Shown: positions 20,547 to 31,256, counted from the stretch's first letter. The stretch is DNA of 39,524 nucleotides from an uncultured bacterium (GCA_949288625.1 CASEKZ010000091.1:1-39524); one strand, 5' to 3'. A program made the numbers and translations. The notes: generated from the sequence alone by a model not told the origin.

Positions 20547-20576
20547 AACATCAGAATGTAAATTCTGATGTTTTTC
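20547..20576 (+). terminator. Rho-independent terminator
   Basis: An 11-bp perfect stem aacatcagaat/attctgatgtt with a 4-nt loop, followed by a T-run. Confidence 0.75.
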
Positions 20577-20577
20577 T

Positions 20578-20606
20578 TTGACTATGATTATTAAATATAA
20601 TAAAAT
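20578..20606 (+). promoter_or_regulatory. Putative promoter of the aldolase gene
   Basis: TTGACT (20578-20583), a 17-nt spacer, then TAAAAT (20601-20606). Confidence 0.45.
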
Positions 20607-20624
20607 TATATTAGGGATGATAAT

Positions 20625-21446
20625 ATGTTAGTAAATAGTAAAGAACTTTTAGTAAAAGCTTTGAAGGATGGTTATGCGATTCCTGCTTATAACATAAATA
20701 ACTTAGAGTGGACAAGGTTTATATTAGAAGCTTGTAATAGTGATAAGAGCCCAGTTATTTTATCTGTAAGTGAAAAAACCGTTTCATATTTCGGCGGGTA
20801 TAAAGTTGTTCATAGCGTAGTTAATTCTTTAATTGATGAATTGAATATAGGAATCCCAGTTGTTTTACATCTTGATCATGCTCATTCATTTTATTCTTGT
20901 AAAAGTGCGATAGCAGCAGGTTTTACATCGGTTATGATTGATTCTTCGAATAAAACTTTAGATGAAAACATAAAAGATACTAACGAAGTAATTGCTTATG
21001 CTAAAGAAAAAAATGTAAGTGTTGAAGCATTTGTTGGAACTTTTGATAATCATACTAATTTAAATGATGCGGTATCATTTGTAATGCAAACAGGAATTGA
21101 TTCTTTAGCGCCTTCGATTGGAAACGAGCATGGTATTTATAAAGATAAGCCTAATCTTGATTTTGAACTTTTGGGATCAATATGCAAAAACGTTAGAATT
21201 CCTCTTGTTCTTCATGGTGCATCTGGATTAGATGAAAATAAAATTAAGACAGCGATTTTCTGCGGGACATGTAAAATAAACATTAACACAGATCTTCAAA
21301 TAGCATGGGCAAAAGCTGTTAGAGAGTATTTGGAATATAATAAAGATGAATATGATCCAAGAAAGATAATTTCTTCTGGGGAAAATGCTATAAAAAAAGT
21401 TATTCATCAAAAAAACGAAATATTTGGATGTAAAAACAAGGCATAA
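20625..21446 (+). CDS. fba: Class II fructose/tagatose-1,6-bisphosphate aldolase family protein
   Basis: It is collinear with Firmicute FbaA, with YAIPAYNINNLE, SPVILSVSE, VLHLDHAHS, FTSVMIDSS, NEHG, LVLHGASG and KININTD. The loop after VEAFVG is shorter and differs from canonical AELG, so it is a divergent member. Confidence 0.8.
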   Translation: MLVNSKELLVKALKDGYAIPAYNINNLEWTRFILEACNSDKSPVILSVSEKTVSYFGGYKVVHSVVNSLIDELNIGIPVVLHLDHAHSFYSCKSAIAAGFTSVMIDSSNKTLDENIKDTNEVIAYAKEKNVSVEAFVGTFDNHTNLNDAVSFVMQTGIDSLAPSIGNEHGIYKDKPNLDFELLGSICKNVRIPLVLHGASGLDENKIKTAIFCGTCKININTDLQIAWAKAVREYLEYNKDEYDPRKIISSGENAIKKVIHQKNEIFGCKNKA

Positions 21447-21512
21447 AAAGGGCGAATTAATCACGTTTTTAATTAGATTTAATAAAATACAATGTAGATA
21501 TGGAGGAGTAAT

Positions 21513-22772
21513 ATGCGCAAGATAATAATTGAAGGTGGTAATAAGTTAAGTGGAGAAATTAAGATTAGTGGGTCTAAGAATAGTGCGGTAGCACTTGTTC
21601 CGGCTGCGGTTTTGTGTGATGAAGAAGTTACCATTGCTAACGTTCCAAACATTTCTGACATTGATGCTTTAGATGAGATACTAAGCTACTTAGGTGCTAA
21701 AGTAACAAGAAAAGATGATGTTATAAAAATAGACTCATCAAATATAAAAAATAAGTTAATACCACAAACAATTGCAAAAAGATTAAGGGCGTCTTATTAT
21801 TTTATGGGGGCGCTGCTTAGTAGATTTAAAAGAGTGGAAATGTATTTTCCAGGGGGTTGCTCAATAGGGGCAAGACCAATAAACCTTCATTTAAAAGGTT
21901 TTGAATTGTTGGGAGCTAAGGTTGAGGAAAACGATAATTTGTTTGTTATTACGGCTGATAATCTAAAAGGTGCAAAAATAAACTTGGATTTTGCATCGGT
22001 AGGGGCGACGATTAACTTAATGTTAGCGGCGGTAAAGGCGGATGGAACAACCATTATTTCAAATGCTGCTAAAGAACCACACATTGTAAATGTTGCTACG
22101 TTTTTAAATAATATGGGAGCTAAAATAAGGGGAGCAGGAACGAGTGAAATAAAAATTGAGGGGGTAAAATACTTACATTCTTGTTTTCATGAGGTTGTAC
22201 CTGATTATATTGAAACTGGTACTTATATGATTTTAGCAAGCATAATTGGTGAGAATATGAAGATAACTAACATAATTCCTGATCATGTAGAATCACTTAT
22301 ATCTAAGTTAGATGATATCGGTGTACCAATGAAAATAGGGATAGATTTTATAGAGATAAGTGCTCCTGAAAAATTAAAACCAACAAGCATTAAAACTCAA
22401 GTTTATCCTGGGTTTCCAACGGATTTACAGCAACCAATGGCAACTTTACTTACTCAAGCAACCGGTAAATCTACGATTAATGAAACGATTTGGGAAAATA
22501 GGTTTTTAAATTTGATAGAATTAAATAAAATGGGTGCTAATACTGATATTTTAACTAATTCTAAAGCGGTCATATTTGGACCTACAAAACTAGTGGGCAA
22601 AAGGGTAAAAGCAACGGATTTAAGGGCTGGAGCATCACTTGTTATTGCGGGCTTGGTAGCAAATGGAAAGACCATAATTGATAATGCTGATTATGTATTA
22701 AGAGGATATGAAAATATAATTGAAAAACTTACTAACGTAGGTGCTAAAATAAGCCTTGAAGAAATAGAATAG
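21513..22772 (+). CDS. murA: UDP-N-acetylglucosamine 1-carboxyvinyltransferase
   Basis: ISGSKNSAV, the active-site Cys loop PGGCSIGARPINLH, and GFPTDLQQP. It is 419 aa. Confidence 0.95.
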   Translation: MRKIIIEGGNKLSGEIKISGSKNSAVALVPAAVLCDEEVTIANVPNISDIDALDEILSYLGAKVTRKDDVIKIDSSNIKNKLIPQTIAKRLRASYYFMGALLSRFKRVEMYFPGGCSIGARPINLHLKGFELLGAKVEENDNLFVITADNLKGAKINLDFASVGATINLMLAAVKADGTTIISNAAKEPHIVNVATFLNNMGAKIRGAGTSEIKIEGVKYLHSCFHEVVPDYIETGTYMILASIIGENMKITNIIPDHVESLISKLDDIGVPMKIGIDFIEISAPEKLKPTSIKTQVYPGFPTDLQQPMATLLTQATGKSTINETIWENRFLNLIELNKMGANTDILTNSKAVIFGPTKLVGKRVKATDLRAGASLVIAGLVANGKTIIDNADYVLRGYENIIEKLTNVGAKISLEEIE

Positions 22773-22811
22773 TATTGTTATAAATACTATTTTTATTTTG
22801 GGGTGACATAA

Positions 22812-23573
22812 TTGAAAAGAAGGTATAAGCTTTTAATCGGTTTTGCTATAACTACAATGATTTTGCTTGTGATTTTTTTTATTACACGTGATAAAAAGGT
22901 GTATTATTTATCACTTGGTGATTCTTTGGCATCAGGGCAAACGCCGAATAACACAATTGGAAAAAGTTATGGTGATTATATTGCAGAATACTTTGAGGAT
23001 AAAGAAATTTTAGAATTTTATACAAAGGATTTTTCTAAAAGCGGGTATCGTAGCGTTGATTTGCTAAACGATTTAGAATCTAATAAAGAAATAACGATTG
23101 ATGGTAAGAAAATATCTATAAAAAACGCTCTTATTAAAGCTGATTTAGTAACCGTAAGTATAGGTGCTAATGATTTGTTTTATAAACTTAACGTAGGAAC
23201 TGAATTTGATTTAAATGAATTTGATGATATTTATTCTTATGTAGATGAAACGATAAAGGATGTTGATAAGTTGCTTTATGAGCTTAGAAAATCTTGCAAA
23301 GAACAAATAATGGTTTTTGGGTTTTATAATCCGTTTACAAATTTCTCTAGTTCTTTAGCGAACGTTGTTGAACCAGTTATTACTTATGCTAATACTAAAA
23401 TGGAAAGCATCGTTCGAAAATATGACATGACTTTTGTTGATATTCATGATACTTTTTTAGCTAACGATAATTATTTGCCTAGTTTTCTTGAAATTCATCC
23501 TAATTTAGATGGTTATTACGCAATGGCAAAAAGTGCTATTAGGTTAATAGATAAAAAAATACTTGCAAAATAA
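22812..23573 (+). CDS. Membrane-anchored SGNH/GDSL-family hydrolase
   Basis: TTG start after ggggtga, with an N-terminal TM. Block I is LSLGDSLASG, block III is IGANDL and block V is HPNLDGY. Confidence 0.8.
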   Translation: MKRRYKLLIGFAITTMILLVIFFITRDKKVYYLSLGDSLASGQTPNNTIGKSYGDYIAEYFEDKEILEFYTKDFSKSGYRSVDLLNDLESNKEITIDGKKISIKNALIKADLVTVSIGANDLFYKLNVGTEFDLNEFDDIYSYVDETIKDVDKLLYELRKSCKEQIMVFGFYNPFTNFSSSLANVVEPVITYANTKMESIVRKYDMTFVDIHDTFLANDNYLPSFLEIHPNLDGYYAMAKSAIRLIDKKILAK

Positions 23574-23591
23574 CTTAACAATTGTTATAAT
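23563..23591 (+). promoter_or_regulatory. Putative rpmE promoter
   Basis: TTGCAA (23563-23568), a 17-nt spacer, then an extended -10 TGtTATAAT (23583-23591). It overlaps the end of the SGNH gene. Confidence 0.5.
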
Positions 23592-23647
23592 ATAATGGAT
23601 TTTATATCTATGACTTTTAAAAAGTCATGGCGAAAGGAGCTAAAAGT

Positions 23648-23878
23648 ATGCCAAAAAAGGAAAGTATTTACAAAAATGCGGTAGTTACTTGTACTTGTGG
23701 GAATACGTTTGAGACTTTATCAACAAAGGATCAAATACATGTAGAAGTATGTCATAAATGTCATCCATTTTATACAGGACAAGCAACAATGCAATCTAGA
23801 ACCGGAAGAGCTGAGAAGTTCAATCAAAAGTATGGTTTAAAAAGTAATGCTGGTGATGCTGACACAGCAAATGCATAA
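23648..23878 (+). CDS. rpmE: 50S ribosomal protein L31 (Cys-containing, zinc-ribbon type)
   Basis: CTCGNTFET...[15 protein letters not shown] chose ATG 23648 because of the RBS aaaggag 7 nt upstream. The ORF-track start at 23627 lies inside a leader hairpin. Confidence 0.9.
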   Translation: MPKKESIYKNAVVTCTCGNTFETLSTKDQIHVEVCHKCHPFYTGQATMQSRTGRAEKFNQKYGLKSNAGDADTANA

Positions 23879-23900
23879 CTTATTTAAACGAAGTTATATA

Positions 23901-23930
23901 TTGACAATTAACATGAAAAAGTGTTATATT
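23901..23930 (+). promoter_or_regulatory. Putative str-operon promoter
   Basis: TTGACA (23901-23906), an 18-nt spacer, then an extended -10 TGtTATATT (23922-23930). A leader of about 95 nt with short hairpins follows before rpsL. Confidence 0.5.
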
Positions 23931-24027
23931 ATATAAGCTGATTATTAAGTCTTGCTATTTTTAGCGGGGCTTAAAAATATATAACATATGAAACACCAGG
24001 TAGTGTGTTAAGAAAGGAGTAGAAAAT

Positions 24028-24441
24028 ATGCCTACAATAAACCAAATTCTTCGTCATGGAAGAAAGAATAAGAAACGTAAACCAAAGGCACCGGTTTTAC
24101 TTGTTAGAACTAATACGTTAAAGAAGAAAAACTTGCGTGCTAATTCTCCACAAAAACGTGGGGTATGTACTCGTGTTGGTACGATGACGCCAAAAAAGCC
24201 AAACTCTGCGTTACGTAAGTATGCGCGTGTTCGCTTAAGTAATGGTTACGAAGTTACGGCTTATATTCCAGGACAAGGACACAACTTACAAGAGCACAGC
24301 GTAGTATTAATACGTGGTGGACGTGTAAAGGACCTTATTGGTGTGCGTTATCACATTATAAGAGGTACTTTAGATACCGCTGGAGTTGCCGACAGAAAGC
24401 AAGGAAGAAGTAAGTATGGTGCAAAAAAACCTAAAAAGTAA
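24028..24441 (+). CDS. rpsL: 30S ribosomal protein S12
   Basis: [30 protein letters not shown] and [25 protein letters not shown]. Confidence 0.97.
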   Translation: MPTINQILRHGRKNKKRKPKAPVLLVRTNTLKKKNLRANSPQKRGVCTRVGTMTPKKPNSALRKYARVRLSNGYEVTAYIPGQGHNLQEHSVVLIRGGRVKDLIGVRYHIIRGTLDTAGVADRKQGRSKYGAKKPKK

Positions 24442-24473
24442 TAATAAATATATGACAGTAAAGGAGGAAAAAC

Positions 24474-24941
24474 ATGCGTAAAAGACGTGCTGAAAGAAGA
24501 GACGTTTTACCAGATCCAATATATAATTCAAAAGTTATTACAAAGTTAATAAATCAAATAATGCTAGATGGTAAACGTGGAAAAGCAGAAACTATTGTTT
24601 ATGATGCGTTTGATATGATTCATGAAAGAACTGGAGAAAACGCAAATGACGTATTTAAAAAAGCCATGGAGAACGTAACTCCGGTTTTGGAAGTAAAGGC
24701 TCGCCGTGTTGGTGGAGCTAACTACCAAGTGCCAGTTGAGGTAAGCCCAGTAAGAGCACAAGCGTTGGCACTTCGTTGGATTGTTAATGCTAGTCGTAGT
24801 CGCGGAGGTAAATCGATGGCTGAAAAATTAGCAAATGAACTTATTGATGCTTCAAATAACGCAGGAGCTGCAGTTAAGAAAAAAGATGATACCCATAGAA
24901 TGGCAGAAGCTAACAAGGCATTTGCACATTATCGTTGGTAG
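24474..24941 (+). CDS. rpsG: 30S ribosomal protein S7
   Basis: [26 protein letters not shown]...[11 protein letters not shown]...[13 protein letters not shown]. Confidence 0.97.
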   Translation: MRKRRAERRDVLPDPIYNSKVITKLINQIMLDGKRGKAETIVYDAFDMIHERTGENANDVFKKAMENVTPVLEVKARRVGGANYQVPVEVSPVRAQALALRWIVNASRSRGGKSMAEKLANELIDASNNAGAAVKKKDDTHRMAEANKAFAHYRW

Positions 24942-24955
24942 GAAAGGAGAAGTAT

Positions 24956-27028
24956 ATGGCTCGTGAATATTCATTAGAAAATACTCGTAACATTGGTATT
25001 ATGGCACACGTTGATGCCGGAAAAACAACTTGTACTGAACGTGTTTTATTTCATACCCATAAGATTCATAAAATCGGTGAAACTCATGATGGCGAATCAC
25101 AAATGGATTGGATGGAACAAGAAAAAGAGCGCGGTATTACCATTACTTCAGCAGCTACCACCGCATTTTGGAAAGGTAATAGACTTAACATTATAGATAC
25201 TCCAGGTCACGTGGACTTCACGATTGAAGTTACGAGATCACTTAGGGTATTAGATGGTGCCGTTACGGTGCTTGATTCTCAAAACGGAGTTGAGCCTCAA
25301 ACGGAAAACGTATGGCGTCAAGCAACCGAAATGCACGTACCAAGACTTGTTTTCTCTAACAAGATGGATAAAATGGGAGCTGATTTTGCGGCAAGTGTTG
25401 AAAGTATTAAGCAACGTCTTGGTGTTAAAGCAACCGCTATACAGTGGCCAATCGGAGCTGAGTCAGATTTTAATGGTATCATAGATTTAGTTACCATGAA
25501 GGCATACCAGTATGATGGTAAACCAGAGGAAAACCCGATAGAAATTGAAATACCAGCTGATTTAAAGGATATCGCAGAAGAAAAAAGAATCCAAATGATT
25601 GAGGACGCTGCTGAATTTGACGAAGAGTTAATGGAAAAATACTTAGAAGGAGCTGAAATAAGCGTAGACTTAATTAAAAGAGCAATTAGAAAAGGTGTTC
25701 TTGCGGTTAAGATGTTCCCGGTAATGTGCGGTACCGCACTTGGTAACATTGGCGTTAAGTTAATGCTTGATGCGGTTGTTGATTATTTACCAGCACCAAC
25801 TGATATTCCATCAATTAAAGGTCATGATGAAAATGATAAAGAAGTAGAAAGACATGCATCAGATTCTGAACCATTTGCAGCTTTAGCATTTAAGATTATG
25901 ACTGATCCATTCGTTGGTAGGTTATCGTTCTTCCGTGTTTACTCTGGTACTTTAAAGAGCGGTTCATACGTTTTGAATGCTAATAAAAACACGAAAGAAA
26001 GAATTGGTCGTATTTTGCAGATGCACGCTAATAATCGTACCGAAATACAAGAAGTATTCGCAGGTGATATAGCTGCTGCAGTAGGACTTAAAAACACAAC
26101 AACAGGAGATACTTTGTGTGATGAAAAACATCCTGTAATTTTAGAAAAAATGAACATACCTGAACCGGTTATATCAATTGCTATAGAGCCAAAAAGCAAG
26201 GGTGATCAAGAAAAGATGTCTACCGCATTACAAAAGTTAGCTGAAGAGGATCCAACTTTTAGAGCGGAAACCGATCAAGAATCGGGACAAACCGTTATAT
26301 CTGGTATGGGAGAACTTCACTTAGATGTAATCGTAGATAGAATGAGAAGAGAATTTGGTGTTGAAGCAAATGTTGGTAAGCCACAAGTTGCTTATCGTGA
26401 AACTATAACTCAAGCTGGTGATTGTGAAGGAAAATATATCAAGCAATCTGGTGGACGTGGTCAATATGGACACGTATGGGTTAAGTTTGAACCAAACAAG
26501 GATAAAGGTTATGAGTTCGTTGATGCAATCGTAGGAGGCGTTGTTCCACGTGAATATATACCAGTTGTTGATAAGGGTCTTCAAGAAGCTATGAAAACTG
26601 GTATACTTGCTGGATATCCTATGATTGATGTTAAGGCAACGTTATTTGATGGATCTTATCATGACGTTGACTCAAATGAAATGGCATTTAAGGTTGCTTC
26701 TTCGTTAGCTTTAAAAGAGGCAAAGAAAAATTGTAAACCAGTATTGCTTGAACCAATAATGAAGGTTGACATTACTGTTCCTGATGAATACATGGGTAAC
26801 GTTATGGGAGATATTACATCTCGTCGTGGACGTCCTATGGGTCAAGAATCAGTTGGTAATGCACTTAAGATAAGTGCGTACGTGCCATTATCTGAAATGT
26901 TTGGTTATGCAACATCATTAAGATCAAACACTCAAGGTCGTGGAACGTTCATTATGTTCTTTGATCATTATGAGGAAGTACCAAAGAGTATTTCAGAAGA
27001 CATCATTAAGAAAAATGGTGGACAATAA
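24956..27028 (+). CDS. fusA: Elongation factor G
   Basis: The G1 motif is AHVDAGKTT, followed by DTPGHVDF and NKMD. Domain IV and V motifs are present. I chose ATG 24956 after the RBS aaaggag. Confidence 0.97.
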   Translation: MAREYSLENTRNIGIMAHVDAGKTTCTERVLFHTHKIHKIGETHDGESQMDWMEQEKERGITITSAATTAFWKGNRLNIIDTPGHVDFTIEVTRSLRVLDGAVTVLDSQNGVEPQTENVWRQATEMHVPRLVFSNKMDKMGADFAASVESIKQRLGVKATAIQWPIGAESDFNGIIDLVTMKAYQYDGKPEENPIEIEIPADLKDIAEEKRIQMIEDAAEFDEELMEKYLEGAEISVDLIKRAIRKGVLAVKMFPVMCGTALGNIGVKLMLDAVVDYLPAPTDIPSIKGHDENDKEVERHASDSEPFAALAFKIMTDPFVGRLSFFRVYSGTLKSGSYVLNANKNTKERIGRILQMHANNRTEIQEVFAGDIAAAVGLKNTTTGDTLCDEKHPVILEKMNIPEPVISIAIEPKSKGDQEKMSTALQKLAEEDPTFRAETDQESGQTVISGMGELHLDVIVDRMRREFGVEANVGKPQVAYRETITQAGDCEGKYIKQSGGRGQYGHVWVKFEPNKDKGYEFVDAIVGGVVPREYIPVVDKGLQEAMKTGILAGYPMIDVKATLFDGSYHDVDSNEMAFKVASSLALKEAKKNCKPVLLEPIMKVDITVPDEYMGNVMGDITSRRGRPMGQESVGNALKISAYVPLSEMFGYATSLRSNTQGRGTFIMFFDHYEEVPKSISEDIIKKNGGQ

Positions 27029-27037
27029 TAAATAATC

Positions 27038-27068
27038 CTAAGGGAAAAGACTTGATATTTTCCCTTAG
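27038..27068 (+). other. Intercistronic stem-loop between fusA and tuf, with no U-tract
   Basis: An 11-bp perfect stem ctaagggaaaa/ttttcccttag with a 9-nt loop gacttgata, followed by attagataaaa rather than a T-run. Confidence 0.55.
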
Positions 27069-27080
27069 ATTAGATAAAAT
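27052..27080 (+). promoter_or_regulatory. Possible tuf-proximal promoter overlapping the stem-loop
   Basis: TTGATA (27052-27057, in the hairpin loop), a 17-nt spacer, then TAAAAT (27075-27080). Confidence 0.35.
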
Positions 27081-27113
27081 AAATATGTAATTTATATAGG
27101 GAGGAAAATAATT

Positions 27114-28298
27114 ATGGCAAAAGAAAAATTTGATCGTTCAAAGCCACACGTTAACATTGGTACCATCGGACACGTTGACCATGGTAAAACAACATTAACG
27201 GCTGCTATTACTAAGAGATTAGCAGAAAAAGGTTTGGCAAAATTTGAAGATTATGCAGATATTGATAAGGCACCAGAAGAAAGAGAACGTGGTATAACTA
27301 TTAATACTGCACACGTTGAGTATGAAACTGACAAACGTCACTATGCTCACGTTGACTGCCCAGGACATGCTGATTATGTTAAAAACATGATTACAGGTGC
27401 TGCACAAATGGATGGAGCAATCCTTGTTATTGCTGCAACTGATGGTCCTATGGCTCAAACTAAAGAACACATCTTACTTGCTCGTCAAGTAGGTGTTCCA
27501 AGAATCGTTGTATTCATGAACAAATGTGATATGGTTGATGATCCTGAAATGCTTGATTTAGTTGAGATGGACGTTCGTGAATTATTAACTAAGTATGGTT
27601 ATGATGGAGAAAATACTCCAGTTATTCGTGGCTCTGCTTTAAAAGCACTTGAAGGAGATCCTAAATGGGTAGAAAAGGTTGATGAATTAATGGATGCTGT
27701 TGATTCATGGATTCCTACACCAGAAAGAGATAATACTAAACCATTCTTAATGTCAATTGAAGACGTATTTACAATTACAGGTCGTGGAACTGTTGTTACA
27801 GGACGTGTTGAACGTGGACAAATTAAACTAAATGACGAAGTTGAAATCGTAGGTTTAAAACCAACTCAAAAATCAGTTGTTACTGGTATTGAAATGTTCC
27901 GTAAACAATTAGATTTTGCTGAGGCTGGAGATAATGCTGGTATTTTATTACGTGGTATTTCACGTGAACAAGTACAACGTGGTCAAGTACTTGCAAAACC
28001 AGGAACAGTTACTCCACATACTAAGTTTGAGGCACAAGTTTACGTATTAAGTAAAGAAGAAGGCGGACGTCATACTCCATTCTTCTCAAATTACAGACCA
28101 CAATTCTATTTTAGAACAACAGACGTAACTGGTGTTGTAACATTACCAGAAGGAACTGAAATGGTTATGCCTGGTGATAACGTAAACATGGCAGTTGAGT
28201 TAATCGCTCCAATCGCACTTGAAAATGGTACTAAATTCTCAATTCGTGAAGGTGGACGTACCGTTGGTGCTGGAACTGTTACTAAAATTGATGCATAA
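27114..28298 (+). CDS. tuf: Elongation factor Tu
   Basis: [23 protein letters not shown] and NKCD. It is 394 aa and highly conserved throughout. Confidence 0.98.
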   Translation: MAKEKFDRSKPHVNIGTIGHVDHGKTTLTAAITKRLAEKGLAKFEDYADIDKAPEERERGITINTAHVEYETDKRHYAHVDCPGHADYVKNMITGAAQMDGAILVIAATDGPMAQTKEHILLARQVGVPRIVVFMNKCDMVDDPEMLDLVEMDVRELLTKYGYDGENTPVIRGSALKALEGDPKWVEKVDELMDAVDSWIPTPERDNTKPFLMSIEDVFTITGRGTVVTGRVERGQIKLNDEVEIVGLKPTQKSVVTGIEMFRKQLDFAEAGDNAGILLRGISREQVQRGQVLAKPGTVTPHTKFEAQVYVLSKEEGGRHTPFFSNYRPQFYFRTTDVTGVVTLPEGTEMVMPGDNVNMAVELIAPIALENGTKFSIREGGRTVGAGTVTKIDA

Positions 28299-28313
28299 TG
28301 GTATTTGAAAAAA

Positions 28314-28337
28314 GGCATTCATTTGAATGTCTTTTTT
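28314..28337 (+). terminator. Rho-independent terminator after tuf
   Basis: The stem ggcattca/tgaatgtc (one G:U pair) is followed by tttttt. Confidence 0.65.
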
Positions 28338-28432
28338 ATATCATTGATAATTCTTGAATAAAACCATCAACAAGTATTTGTTTTTATTTTATAACATGGC
28401 AAAAGTGCTTAAGAAGTTATTAGCAATACATT

Positions 28433-28462
28433 AAAAAACAGATAAATTATTTTATCTGTTTT
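28433..28462 (-). terminator. Rho-independent terminator of the FemAB-family gene, with bidirectional architecture
   Basis: A 9-bp stem acagataaa/tttatctgt with a 4-nt loop. It is flanked by an A6 run on the plus-strand 5' side, which gives a U-tract on the minus strand. Confidence 0.65.
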
Positions 28463-29711
28463 AAATTGGAGTGTTTAGCCAATTAAGAATTGGGTTTAAC
28501 TTACTTCCTGTATAATATGCTTTTTTATTTATAACAAGATCAAATTCTCCAACGTATTCCACTACATGATTAGATAATTCCCTTTTTAATAAACTTAAAT
28601 AGTCATTATTAAATTCACCTGTTATTCCTCCAAAGTCCACGAACTCATATCCTTGTTTTGCAAACTCTTGCATTAGGTGCCATCTTAATAAATATTCAGG
28701 ATACTGGTCTTTAAACTTATCGTTTACTCCACTTGCAAAAAAAGTAACCGTTTTCCCGTATTTAATTACCGCTATTCCAGCGGTAATTAAACCATTAGGA
28801 TATTGTTGAAATAAGTTAATTGCTTCAAGCATATTTTTTTTATATTTCGATACTAATTCATCGGATTTTAATTTTTGATTCATGATTTGGTCTTTGTTCG
28901 GATTATTCCAATCTTGCATTTGTGCGTTTAGTTCACTATTTCTTTGCTCTTCTTTTTCGTATAAAGTCTTACTAGAATTTACATAAGATACTGGTTCTAG
29001 TTTTGAAAAATATATTTCAAATCCATTATTTTGACCAAAAAACTGATAATAATCTAGGTAATATTCAAGTGGTGGGTTAGGATTATTTATAACATTAAAT
29101 AAAAGATTAATATCATTTTGCGAACCTTTATACACCTTGTTTCCAGTTTTAACAGATTCACTTATTTTATCTCTAGCTTCTTTAGAAATTGAGTTGTATA
29201 AAGAAATTATGTTATTGTCTAGCTTGGTTAAAGTATTCCATCTTGGTTTACTAGCTTCCATTCCTTTATTATAACCCATGTGAATGTAACCTAAACTTTG
29301 CATTTTTTGAACAAAACCGGTATTACTTTGTCCATCTAGTTTTTCACTACCATCAATGTTATGTTCTTTATATATAACTGGTGGATCCACTTTAAGGTAT
29401 GTAAAACTTCGTTTTGATAAAAAATCCTTCATTTGATTTGTAAATTCTGATACTAATGCATCATCATTCCAATCTATTAGAAAACCTCTTGGTGCATACC
29501 CCATTTTTCTTTTATTATTTTTTTCATTTTTTACGATCATTAAGGTTGCAGCTGTGATGTTCCCAAAATCATCTGATAAACCTAAATAATAAGAGTTATA
29601 ACCATGTTTTGTCATGAATCTACCATAATTACTAGATTGATAAAAATTATAGTTGGGATGATTTATAGCAAAATTATCAAATCTTACTTCGTCTAATAGT
29701 ATAATTTGCAT
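28461..29711 (-). CDS. FemAB-family aminoacyl-tRNA-dependent peptidoglycan peptidyltransferase
   Basis: About 416 aa. The N-terminus F..F...HP..NFYQSSNYG is typical of FemA/FemX/MurM. It has two GNAT-like halves split by a coiled-coil arm (EKEEQRNSELNAQMQ...SKYKKNMLEAINL), and the C-terminal motif YEFVDFGGI. I prefer the second ATG (29711) because of its spacing from aggagg. Confidence 0.8.
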   Translation of the reverse strand: MQIILLDEVRFDNFAINHPNYNFYQSSNYGRFMTKHGYNSYYLGLSDDFGNITAATLMIVKNEKNNKRKMGYAPRGFLIDWNDDALVSEFTNQMKDFLSKRSFTYLKVDPPVIYKEHNIDGSEKLDGQSNTGFVQKMQSLGYIHMGYNKGMEASKPRWNTLTKLDNNIISLYNSISKEARDKISESVKTGNKVYKGSQNDINLLFNVINNPNPPLEYYLDYYQFFGQNNGFEIYFSKLEPVSYVNSSKTLYEKEEQRNSELNAQMQDWNNPNKDQIMNQKLKSDELVSKYKKNMLEAINLFQQYPNGLITAGIAVIKYGKTVTFFASGVNDKFKDQYPEYLLRWHLMQEFAKQGYEFVDFGGITGEFNNDYLSLLKRELSNHVVEYVGEFDLVINKKAYYTGSKLNPILNWLNTPI

Positions 29712-29741
29712 ACTCATCCCTCCTATTTATTCTTATACTTT

Positions 29742-29771
29742 ATTATAACGCATACAAGCTTATAAAGTCAA
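29742..29771 (-). promoter_or_regulatory. Putative promoter of the FemAB-family gene
   Basis: On the minus strand: TTGACT (29771-29766), an 18-nt spacer, then TATAAT (29747-29742). Confidence 0.5.
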
Positions 29772-29925
29772 TTTACATAAGGAAAATTAGCTATATTTTA
29801 TTTTGCAAAATATAATATTTTAAATTAAAATATGGGTATAATTAAAGCAAGGAGTAAGTAATTTATCTACGGATAATTAAAAAAATTAATTGACTTTCTT
29901 TTTTTGTGTTAAAATATACTTGTAG

Positions 29926-31173
<1,248 letters not shown>

Positions 31174-31227
31174 TTCTTTTTTACATTGAGTATTAATAAC
31201 AAGCTTACGTAGTTAATGTAAAGAAAT

Positions 31228-31256
31228 TTGACATAATTGAGCCTTTATGATATTAT
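31228..31256 (+). promoter_or_regulatory. Putative promoter of the long sigma-factor gene
   Basis: TTGACA (31228-31233), a 17-nt spacer, then TATTAT (31251-31256). A short hairpin aacaag-ca-cttgtt lies in the leader. Confidence 0.5.

Noticed and set aside
28396-28434. A 12-codon mini-ORF (MAKVLKKLLAIH) between the tuf and fem terminators, considered as a possible type I toxin or leader peptide.
   Set aside because: It has no Shine-Dalgarno sequence and no promoter-like element. It is too short and not hydrophobic enough for a membrane toxin. It sits between two terminators, so it is most likely chance.
29830-29890. An extended -10-like TGgGTATAAT followed by AAGGAG and a possible ATT-initiated 10-codon ORF in the fem/eno divergent region.
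   Set aside because: There is no canonical start codon at the right spacing. The eno gene has a closer promoter-like element. The evidence is too weak to call an sORF or sRNA.
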